From an uncultured Candidatus Binatia bacterium (GTDB lineage: Bacteria; Desulfobacterota; Binatia; UBA9968; CAXXLF01), in assembly GCA_965218425.1 (NCBI GenBank), contig OZ244621.1, positions 2,848,001-2,912,000 on the forward strand: DNA of 64,000 bases, read 5' to 3'. Below, piece after piece: positions 8,041 to 20,239 of this stretch; position 1 is the stretch's first letter, and every line of letters starts with the position of its first letter. The position numbers and the translations under genes are program-made. The notes beneath the pieces are model-generated. The model was not told the origin of the DNA and made no database searches. It saw only the letters and a program-made list of their open reading frames with translations.

Positions 8041-11000
8041 ATGAGCCAGAAATACGAGAAGCTGAAAACCCTGCTGAAGGAACTGTTCCAGCTCGACCAG
8101 CCCGACTTGGACTTCGGCCTCTACCGCATCATGCACGCTAAGGGGGCCGAAGTATCGCAGTTCTTGGACAAGGACCTGCTGCCGCAGGTGCTGACGGCGT
8201 TCGGCCAATACAAGAGCGCCGACAAGGCGGAGCTCGAAAAGGAGCTGTCGAAGGTGGTCGCGGGCATCGAGGCCGCAGGAATGAACCCCGACGACTCGCC
8301 CAAGGTCAAGGACCTGCGTTCCCAGATCAAGAGCGACACCGTGGACATCGGCGCGCTGGAGAGCGAGACCTACGATCATCTCTATAGCTTCTTCCGCCGC
8401 TACTACTCGGAAGGCGACTTCCTCGCCAAGCGCGTGTACAAACCTGGAGTCTATGCGATCCCCTACGAGGGTGAGGAGGTCGCGCTCCATTGGGCCAACA
8501 AGGATCAGTACTACATCAAGACCAGCGAGTACCTGCGCGACTACGTTTTCCGACTGAGGCCGAACGATGAGAAGAAGCCGATGCGTGTGCACTTCCGCTT
8601 GGCGGACGTCGTCGAGGGCGAGCACGACAATATAAAGGCTGCTGAGGGTAAGGACCGCATGTTCATCCTGGCCGCGCCGGGAGAATCAGGCCATGACTTC
8701 ATAGTCGTGGAAGACGGCGACCAGGGCGAGGAGATCATCATCCGATTCGAGTACCGGCCGGCCACACTCACCGATTGGCCGGAGGCCGGACGCGACGGAA
8801 AGAAGAAGCCCCCGGCCCAGAAGGACCTGAGCGCGCTTACCGCGAATCGCCTGCTGGCCGTGACCGACGCCGCATTGGCGCCATGGATCGTGGAACTGGG
8901 CAAGCTGCACGTCACAGCGGGCGGCGAGCAGGCCGACTATACGCGGCTGGAGGCGCACCTCAAGCGCTACACCGCTCGCAACACCTTCGACTATTTTATT
9001 CACAAGGACCTCGGGGCTTTCCTCCGCCAGGAGCTGGACTTCTACATCAAGAACGAAGTCATGCACCTGGACGACGTGGAGAATGAGTCCGTGCCGCGCG
9101 TCGAGCAGTACCTCTCCAAGATCAAAGTCATCCGCAAGATCGGGGGCAAGATCATCGACTTCCTTGCGCAGCTCGAAGACTTCCAAAAGAAGCTGTGGCT
9201 GAAGAAGAAGTTCGTGGTCGAGACACAGTACTGCATAGCGGTCGGGAGTATCCCCGAGGCGTTCTACGCCGAGATCGCTACGAACCAAGCCCAACGCGAA
9301 GAGTGGATGAAACTGTATGCGATTGACGAGATCCAGGGCGACCTGACCACGCCTGGCTACAGCAAGGAGCTCAAGCCCGAGTTTCTGAAAGCGTACCCAA
9401 CACTGGTCGTGGACACAAGACATTTCGATGTAGGCTTCACCGCACGGCTACTTGAAGCCTTTGGCGAAGTGGACGAGAAGACTGACAGCGTGTTGTTCCA
9501 CAGCGAGAACTTTCAGGCGCTAAGCCTAATGCAGGCACGCTATCGCGGCTACGTGGAGTGCATTCACATCGACCCTCAATACAATACACAAACCAGTGGT
9601 TTCTTGTATCGGAACACATATCAGCACTCTAGCTGGCTTGCAATGATGGCGGAACGGCTTGAAGCGGCAAAGAGCCTTATAACTGACGGTGGGACATTGC
9701 TTTGTCACATCGACGAGAACGAATACGAGCGCTTGTACGTCATGTGCGATGAACTGCTACTACCGAATGCGGGAACGGTCGTGTGGGACAAGCGAAATCC
9801 GATGCTCGGGCGAAGGGGGGTAGCGACCCAGCATGAGTATGTGCTGTGGCGCACTCAAGCTGCTGGTCCGCTTTATCTACGTAGTGCTAATCAACGTCTT
9901 ATCTTACAGAATGCTACGCGAATAGTCGCAGAATGCGGTGGTGTGACGGAGAGAGCAAGGAAAGCCTTCTCAAAGTGGGTGGCGGACTGTCCTGGTCTGT
10001 CTGGAGGAGAACGTGCAAATCGCTATCTTGTCGATGACGGTCGTGTCTTTCAAAGTGTTAGCATGTCCGCCCCAGAGAAGAGAACCGACGCGAAGTTCTT
10101 TGAGCCACTAATGCACCCTAAGACAGGAAAGCCGTGTCCTGTGCCGTTGTATGGTTGGTCTCGTGCCCCTGATACTCTCATAAAGCTGCTCGCAAAGAAC
10201 GAGATTCTCTTCGGTGAAGACGAGTCGGTGCAGCCTAGACTAAAGGTATTTCTAAGAGAGGATTCTCAACGACAAGTGCCGTCAGTTATCCAAGATTCTG
10301 GGCGTGGCAAAGCGGACATGGATAAGCTAGGTCTGAAGTTCCCTTATTGCCACCCACTATCGCTCTACATCAAATTGGTCGGTGCAGCCGCGCCGAGTAG
10401 CGCTGGGGTCGTTTTGGACTTCTTCGCTGGTTCTGGTACAAACGGTCACGCAGTAATCGAACTAAACCGCGATGAAGGCACTCGCAGAGGGGTGGTTCTT
10501 GTCGAGGTTGGTGAGCAGTTCGACAGCGTGTTAATCCCTCGTATCAAGAAAGCTACGTACAGCCCGGAGTGGAAAGACGGCAAGCCCAAGCGCCTTACGA
10601 CACCGGAGGAAGCCGAGCGCAGCCCACGCATCGTGAAGGTCGTCCGTCTCGAATCCTACGAGGACGCGCTCAACAACCTGGAGACCCGCCGAACCGACAA
10701 ACAGCAGCTTCTGCTCGACGACCCCGAGGCGTAAGGCGCGGACGGTCTCAGGGAGCAAGTACACCTCCGCTACATGCTCGATGTCGAGACGCGCGGCAGC
10801 CAGTCGCTGCTCAACGTTCAGGCCTTCGCCGACCCCACGGCCTATAAGCTCAAGGTCAAGCGGCCCGGTTCGGATGAGAGCCGCGAGGTCGACGTTGATC
10901 TGCTGGAGACCTTCAACTGGCTGATCGGCCTCACGGTCCAGCACATCGCTGCGCCCCAGACTTTCAGCGCCGCGTTCAAGCGTGACAGAGAGAAGCGCCT

Positions 11001-11312
11001 GCGGATGAAGGGCCGCCTTAAGCAGATAACAAACGGCCCATACTGGTTCCGTACCGTCACCGGTGCCACGCCCGACGGGCGCAGGACGCTCGTTATCTGG
11101 CGCAAGCTCATCGGCGAGCCGGAGCAGGACAACCTGGTGCTCGACGAGTGGTTCACCAGGCAGGGCTACGCGGCCAAGGATAGTGGGTTCGACCTCATCT
11201 ACGTCAACGGCGGCAACAACCTCGAGAACCTGAAGACCCCCGACGACCTGTGGAAGGTGCGGCTCATCGAGGAAGACTTCCATCGCCTGATGTTCGAGAT
11301 GGAGGGAGAGTG

Positions 11313-11313
<1 letters not shown>
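8041..11313 (+). pseudogene. mod: Type III restriction-modification methyltransferase (Mod), interrupted by in-frame TAA at 10732-10734
   Basis: N-terminal [10 protein letters not shown] and [13 protein letters not shown], motif IV variant HIDPQYNT, motif I DFFAGSGT, and [12 protein letters not shown]. The reading frame continues unshifted past the TAA into ORF 10774-11313 ([13 protein letters not shown]). Confidence 0.85.
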
Positions 11314-14543
<3,230 letters not shown>

Positions 14544-14592
14544 TCGACCAACTTTGCATGGAGCACTGGCCGGGGGTAGGTAACATAAAAAA

Positions 14593-14717
14593 GGGGTCAA
14601 GCTCCAGTAGGATGGTGGTTGTAACGGCCATCGAACCTGAAAGGAGAAGACCCCATGCTTTACGTCGGGATAGACTGTCACAAACGATACGCCCAGATAA
14701 ATGCCATCGACGAGAAA
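14593..14717 (+). mobile_element. IS110-family element 5' remnant: structured leader plus the first ~21 transposase codons
   Basis: AAGGAG RBS, then ATG 14655 encoding MLYVGIDCHKRYAQINAIDEK, a typical IS110 DEDD N-terminus. Truncated where repeat C begins. Confidence 0.7.
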
Positions 14718-14800
14718 TGGATAGGACGTTCCAAAAGTGAATTGGCACGATACAAGCTGGAATCCGAAAGGGAAGGGAACCTAAAATAGCAGGAAAGCGT
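14715..14800 (+). repeat. 86-bp repeat C, copy 2 (upstream of the Mrr-like gene)
   Basis: Direct copy of 7820-7905, followed by TGACCCC at 14804-14810. Confidence 0.9.
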
Positions 14801-14830
14801 GAATGACCCCGACTTCAGGAGGAAACAAAG

Positions 14831-15745
14831 ATGGCGACGATTTGGCGCTTGAACATCAAACCCGATGCAGAGGAGAACATCGACCCAAGAAAGTTTTGTA
14901 TCGATAAAAACATCCTTGGCATCGGCTGGCCAGTAGACTTGGATGAACCTCTGGACTGGAATGATTATTACGTCGCGGGTAAGAAGAAATACCGCGAGGA
15001 AAAGGGTGACAAGGGATGGTGGCCTGCCGTCAACGCGATTCGAAATAGGATGGAGATCAATGACCTTTGCTGGACCCGCGACTGGGACAGCAACTACTAC
15101 ATTGGCCAGATCACGGGCAATTGGAAATACCGTTCTACACGCAATTACCGTGATGCAGACATCGTGAACGTAAGGCCCTGTAGGTGGTTTCAAACCGGCG
15201 GCGTAGATTCGGTCCCAGGAAAGATACTGAATAGCTTCATCCGGAGTAGAACAGTTCAAAAAGTGCACGACGAAACATCGAGTTTCTACTCCAAACTCAA
15301 ATACAACCAACTGAGCAAGGAAGCCGCCTACGACTTGTCTAGTGATAAAAATCCAGACTTGTTTGCCCTGATTTCCTCAGAGGATTGTGAAGACATCGTT
15401 GGGATTTACTTGCAGGAGAAACAGGGCTATAGGCTCATTCCGAGTTCGTGCAGGCACGATACGGTCAAGACCGAATTCGTCCTGAAAACGACGGCAGGGA
15501 AGCAAGCATATGTGCAGGTAAAGCAAGGGGTAGCCATTAACACGGATAAATACAAATACGACTCTAGCAATCCGTGCGAGTGGTTCCTGTTTACGACCAA
15601 CGGGCAATATACCGGTAGAGGAGACAGCCATGTGCATTGTCTCGATCCCGATGATATGCGCGACTTCGCGTTGGCTAATCGAGAACTTATGCCGGACCGT
15701 GTTCGGACATTCATTGACTTCTGCTTTCCAGGTCGGCACTCATAA
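14831..15745 (+). CDS. putative Mrr-like / PD-(D/E)xK restriction endonuclease-fold protein
   Basis: AGGAGG RBS; lower GC than flanks. N-terminal IGW...MEINDL...IGQITG domain; C-terminal CEDIVGIYLQ...EFVL...YVQVKQG (QxK type). Lies next to res. Confidence 0.55.
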   Translation: MATIWRLNIKPDAEENIDPRKFCIDKNILGIGWPVDLDEPLDWNDYYVAGKKKYREEKGDKGWWPAVNAIRNRMEINDLCWTRDWDSNYYIGQITGNWKYRSTRNYRDADIVNVRPCRWFQTGGVDSVPGKILNSFIRSRTVQKVHDETSSFYSKLKYNQLSKEAAYDLSSDKNPDLFALISSEDCEDIVGIYLQEKQGYRLIPSSCRHDTVKTEFVLKTTAGKQAYVQVKQGVAINTDKYKYDSSNPCEWFLFTTNGQYTGRGDSHVHCLDPDDMRDFALANRELMPDRVRTFIDFCFPGRHS

Positions 15746-15827
15746 TTGTGACCGGTTTCCCCATCCCTTCCATCGCCTCGACGAGGTATTCGTCGGCGTA
15801 GCGGATCAGAAACAATTGAGAATGGCC

Positions 15828-15906
15828 TGGAAAATCCGAGAAATTCCGAGGCGAAACGACCCGGAAACCGCCCATGCAAAGCCCCTGAAAGGGGCGTGCA
15901 TCGACC
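15828..15906 (-). repeat. partial, inverted, more diverged copy of block A
   Basis: Reverse complement contains CCCTTTCAGG...CGGTTTCCGG.TCGTTTC...TCGGATTTTCCA, colinear with the 3' half of block A. Confidence 0.5.
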
Positions 15907-16041
15907 ACGCTCGATGCCGCCGGTGCCCGAGCGGCTTACCGACCAGGGGCAGGTTTTCGCTGGACATGAAGGCATGACTGGCTAGCGTGTGACGGAGGTC
16001 ATGGAGCCGGAGCTTATCCGCCCAGGCGTCCGCATCGTTCT

Positions 16042-16362
16042 TCCGTTCTGCTCAAATGCTCGCGTGCGGCACGCGACCTGGAGGAGATCTACGATTACGT
16101 TGATCGGCACGATTCGCCGGGTCGTACCGATTATGTGCCGGAGCGGATCGAAAAAGCGTTCAGCGGCCTTTCCGAACATCCCCAGCGCGGAAGTTACCCG
16201 AAGGAATTGCTGGATATTGGAATTCGGGAGTACCGTGAAGTTTTCTTCAAGCCCTACCGGATCATCTACCGGGTAACCGAGAACAATGTCTACGTGCTGG
16301 TGATTGCCGATGGGCGGCGTGACATGCGGGCTTTGCTGGAGCGACGCTTGCTGCAGGCGTAA
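16042..16362 (+). pseudogene. RelE/ParE-family toxin, 5'-degenerate (no start codon at the expected position, no upstream antitoxin)
   Basis: In-frame SVLL...AARDLEEIYDYVDRHDSPGRTDYV.ERIEKAFSGLSEHPQRG...YRIIYRV...ADGRRDM. Confidence 0.75.
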
Positions 16363-16408
16363 GGCCCGCATTGTGCCGCGGCTCCTCCAGTATCCGGCAC
16401 TGGGCGGC

Positions 16409-16568
16409 ATAGCACCGGCCTTAACGGGCCGGTGAGGATTGAAACACTGTCTACGCGCCGCCTTTATCATCGCACGCTGGTTTTCCCCACACGCGTGGTG
16501 ATGGTCCGTTGTTTCAAGCTGTTTTATGGTGATTGCACGGTGTTCCCCACGCGCGTGGGAATGAACCG
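16409..16568 (+). CRISPR. orphan chimeric mini-array: one 37-bp repeat (16409-16445) and two 29-bp type I-E-like repeats (16480-16508, 16540-16568)
   Basis: ATAGCACCGGCCTTAACGGGCCGGTGAGGATTGAAAC, 34-nt spacer, GTTTTCCCCACACGCGTGGTGATGGTCCG, 31-nt spacer, GTGTTCCCCACGCGCGTGGGAATGAACCG. Confidence 0.75.
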
Positions 16569-16726
16569 CACATGGCATCCGTCGGAAATGAGATTTTGCC
16601 GGGCTGCGTTGGATCGATCGCCGGTACAGCGCCGGGGTTCGGCGGATCTGATCCGATGAGCACACCGGCCGGACGCAGCCTCACCGCGTTGCTGACCCAC
16701 GTCAGCGAAAACATCGACTTAGAGGC

Positions 16727-16771
16727 GGCAGGGCTCAGCTTTCTGATGATGTCGTTCACGTTCGCGGGCAT
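16727..16771 (-). pseudogene. possible N-terminal stub of an XRE/HigA-type antitoxin
   Basis: AAGGAAG RBS-like sequence then MPANVNDIIRKLSPA, resembling N-termini of XRE antitoxins. Only ~15 codons. Confidence 0.35.
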
Positions 16772-17010
16772 GATTACTTCCTTAAATCCACCCGAAGGCT
16801 CCTTTTTTATTTTTGAAACTACTCCCATTCAATGGTGGCGGGAGACTTGGAGGAAATATCATAATACGCTATCGCAACCTCCTTACCCTGAAAATTTTTG
16901 TCCTTCCCTTCCGCCTTGGGCTCAAGTTGACACTATCTCGCGTTACCATTACGCTCTGTTGCGAAGAACTCGATCCTTGATCTTGCATCTTTTTCCCCTG
17001 GAGCGCCCGG

Positions 17011-18435
17011 ATGGAAATCCGTACCGATACCGACGCGAAACAAGAGATGGCCGTACTGACCTTCGCCATACGGTTGATCCTTGCGGAGCTGGATCACCGC
17101 GTCTTGGTGGAGCGGGGTTTGGAAACCTTCTCCGACTTCGGCCGGTGCGAGAGGGTCGCAATCTTTCTGTTGGACCCCTCGGGCGAGACGTTACGGGTTG
17201 AAGGATGCACGGGCGCCAGCCTCGGAGCCGATCCGATTCAATTCCATGTGGCTGGAACTCCGTTTGAAGAGGTGATGAGCTCCAAGCAACCGGGAAAATT
17301 CCGGCTGAACCTGTTGGAGAAGGTCCCTTATCCCACTTACGATTCCGGCGAGGCGGAACGGCAGTGTCTCTGTGTGCCGTTGGTGGAGGCCAACAACAGG
17401 TCCCTGGGCGTGGTTACCTTCGACCAACCGGCCGGGGAATCTCTGGATTCCACCGCTATGCAGTGTGTCCTGATCCTTCAGTCGGTGTTAGCCGTAAGTC
17501 TTGAAAATGCCCGCGTGTTGGGGCGGCTGCGGGAGACTCACGCGGAGCTGGAAACCCTGTATCAGGCCAAGACGAAGATGATCGATCATCTTTCCCATGA
17601 GCTGAAAACACCCCTGGCCGTAATCTCGGCCTCTTCCAAGATATTGTCCAAGGATTCCGTGCGGCGCGATGAGAGACGGTTTTCGTCCGCTCTTCATCGC
17701 ATGGGCCGGAGCATTAAGCGGCTCCTGGAGCTGGAAGAAGAAGCGGGCGATATTGCGAAACAAGGAGGATTTGCAGCCAAAGGCTTATTGGAAGGAATGA
17801 TCCGGCAGTGCCGGGATCTTCTGGAGACCATGGTGGATCAAGGCGATCCGCCGGCTCCGCTGCTGGCCAAGCTCGCTTCGCGTATCGAAGAATGCTATTT
17901 GCCGCTGGTAGATGAACGGAGAGACAGTATCTCGTTGGTTGATTGGGTTCCCGACGTGCTTGCCGGTATTGAGCCTCTCCACCGGCATCGCGATGTGCGC
18001 TTGGAATTGGATTTGCGCCCAGGCCCGGCGGTACGGATGCCGGAGGGGCCGCTGCGCAAAGTGTTCAGCGGACTTATCCGCAACGCCGTTGAAAACACGC
18101 CGGATGGGGGTACCATCAGGGTGGAGGTCTCCCTGGAGGGTGATTCTGTTGCGCTTCGCGTGCGCGACTTTGGTTTAGGCATTAAAAAGGAGGATATGAG
18201 GCAGTTGTTTCACGGTTTTGTCCACACGGGCGACACCGAAGACTATTCATCCGGCAGGCCTTTTGATTTTAAGGCCGGGGGGAAAGGCCTGGACCTCCTG
18301 CGGAGCAAGCTTTTTGCTGAAAGATATGGATTTGATATCCAGGTTGAAAGCAAGTACAGTACCGGCAGCCTCTTCTCCCTGGTGTTCCCGCCCTCCATGC
18401 TCGCTCCGGAGGGGGAAGAACCGCGTGGACGGTAG
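17011..18435 (+). CDS. GAF-domain sensor histidine kinase
   Basis: GAF (LCVPL...LGVVTFD...LAVSLENAR), H-box HLSHELKTPL, N-box LIRNAVEN, G1 DFGLGI, atypical G2 GGKGLDL. Confidence 0.88.
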   Translation: MEIRTDTDAKQEMAVLTFAIRLILAELDHRVLVERGLETFSDFGRCERVAIFLLDPSGETLRVEGCTGASLGADPIQFHVAGTPFEEVMSSKQPGKFRLNLLEKVPYPTYDSGEAERQCLCVPLVEANNRSLGVVTFDQPAGESLDSTAMQCVLILQSVLAVSLENARVLGRLRETHAELETLYQAKTKMIDHLSHELKTPLAVISASSKILSKDSVRRDERRFSSALHRMGRSIKRLLELEEEAGDIAKQGGFAAKGLLEGMIRQCRDLLETMVDQGDPPAPLLAKLASRIEECYLPLVDERRDSISLVDWVPDVLAGIEPLHRHRDVRLELDLRPGPAVRMPEGPLRKVFSGLIRNAVENTPDGGTIRVEVSLEGDSVALRVRDFGLGIKKEDMRQLFHGFVHTGDTEDYSSGRPFDFKAGGKGLDLLRSKLFAERYGFDIQVESKYSTGSLFSLVFPPSMLAPEGEEPRGR

Positions 18436-18463
18436 GAAAGGGACGAAAGGACCATGTAAATCT

Positions 18464-19240
18464 ATGGATGGCGGTGGTGAAAGCAGGACACCGGGACATT
18501 TTTTCAGGGAACTTCAAGTCCAGTTCCTCGTCCATGAGCTCAAGGATCCTATTGCGGTCATCGAGGCGGGAGTCAGATCCCTCCTCGAAAAGGAGGACAA
18601 GTTGGGTCCTCTCTCACCGCGTCAGGAAAGGACCCTGAAGCGCGTACTCAGGGGCGCCTTGAAGGGACGCAGCATGTTGAACAATCTCCTTGAGATCGGG
18701 CGTTCGGAAGCCGGGCAAATAACCGGGAGATCGTTTCGCCCGGCGAAAACGATTTATGCCGATTTACTGGCCTCTATTGAAACCATGGAAGGGGAACTGT
18801 TCGAGCAATTAAATGAACTCACGACCGAGGATGCCGTCTTGAGATTCCTGAACCAGGCCGGAATTTCTCTTTGTATTGCCGCCGACATGGACGCCATGGA
18901 GATCGTTCAGGACGAATCGAAATTCAGTCAGATCGAGGGCAATTTGATCAAGAACGCCCTGCGTTTCCGGAAAGAAAGGCTTGAAATCAAGCTCTTTCAG
19001 GAGAAGGAAACGGTCGTTGTCGAAATAGAAGACGATGGCCCGGGCATCAAACCCGAAGACCACAAACGCATTTTCCAACCTTACGTTCAGGCACAATCCG
19101 AGTCTACCCCGGCGAGAAAGGGTCACGGTCTGGGTCTGGCCGGAGCCCTGATACTGGCCAAAGGACTCGGGGGGGACCTCTCCGTTCAAAGTGAAGCGGG
19201 TAAGGGGGCAACATTTCGGTTCAGCGTGCCCATGAGATAG
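18464..19240 (+). CDS. sensor-less histidine kinase (HisKA plus HATPase_c)
   Basis: VHELKDP, NLIKNALRF, DDGPGI, GHGLGLAG, GATFRF. Start uncertain (GTG 18425 or ATG 18464). Confidence 0.85.
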   Translation: MDGGGESRTPGHFFRELQVQFLVHELKDPIAVIEAGVRSLLEKEDKLGPLSPRQERTLKRVLRGALKGRSMLNNLLEIGRSEAGQITGRSFRPAKTIYADLLASIETMEGELFEQLNELTTEDAVLRFLNQAGISLCIAADMDAMEIVQDESKFSQIEGNLIKNALRFRKERLEIKLFQEKETVVVEIEDDGPGIKPEDHKRIFQPYVQAQSESTPARKGHGLGLAGALILAKGLGGDLSVQSEAGKGATFRFSVPMR

Positions 19241-19338
19241 GAGTGGAGCGGTAAGTGGGTCGAGTTCAAGTTGAGCGGGATATAACATAATGAGTCTATC
19301 TTGAAATGAGTCGGAGTATGGAAAGGAGGGAGTAAAAA

Positions 19339-19851
19339 ATGGCGGAAACGGAATCAACAGCCAGTATCAAGGGTCTGAATGTCCTGGCAGTGGACGATGA
19401 AAAGGATATTCTCGACACCATCGAAGACGTTTTGGATGATGCAAAAGTGGACAGGGCGGAGGACTACGAGAGCGCCTCGCAAAAACTCAAAGATACGAAG
19501 TATGATCTAGCCGTCCTGGATATCATGGGAGTCAATGGACTGGATCTCCTGGTGGAAGCCGTCAACAAAGGGATTCCGACCGTTATGCTGACTGCCCATG
19601 CCGTGAACCCGGAAACCCTCAAGGCTTCCATCACCAAGGGCGCCCTTTCCTATCTTCCCAAGGAGGAGCTCTCGAGGCTGGACGAACTTGTGCCTGAGCT
19701 GCTGGAAGCCCACAGGAAGGGAAATTCCACTTGGCACATCCTGTTCGAGAGAATGGGTAACTATTTTGAAAGGGTTTTTTTACCCGGTTGGGATAAAGAT
19801 GATCCGGAATTCTGGAAATACTACGGATACCTGCATCCGCCGGACTATTAA
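19339..19851 (+). CDS. response regulator receiver protein
   Basis: VLAVDDE, VLDIMG, MLTAHA, YLPK; strong RBS. Confidence 0.9.
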   Translation: MAETESTASIKGLNVLAVDDEKDILDTIEDVLDDAKVDRAEDYESASQKLKDTKYDLAVLDIMGVNGLDLLVEAVNKGIPTVMLTAHAVNPETLKASITKGALSYLPKEELSRLDELVPELLEAHRKGNSTWHILFERMGNYFERVFLPGWDKDDPEFWKYYGYLHPPDY

Positions 19852-20239
19852 GGTCCCCCGTCTCCAAAAAATTAGCAACCCGACGGTACAATGGAACTTT
19901 CGTCTGAATGATTCGCCCCTTCAGACGGCGAAATGATCACTCATCCGGCTCATGCGGATTTGACGAGCGACCCGTCTCGCTACGATCAACGGCTGCTGAA
20001 CTCCGTTTTCTATATCCATCCGTCCAATATGGGCAAGCAGAGCATGATGCTCCACAACCACGGCGTAATTTTCAGCGAGCCACCCATGTCCTAGCAGGCC
20101 GCGTCCTTGGAAACTGCAATCGGAGAGGTAGTGGAGAATGGAGACATTTGCGATATACGCCATTTGCTGGACAAATCCACCCTTACACAGGCTCCGGCGG
20201 GGTCTTAAAGGTATGGAGAGCCCGCAACAGTAAGACCCC

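Noticed and set aside
16533..17201. 222-aa ORF overlapping the CRISPR repeat, considered as a cas gene
   Set aside because: No Cas motifs; it runs through a repeat, a TA stub and the kinase start.
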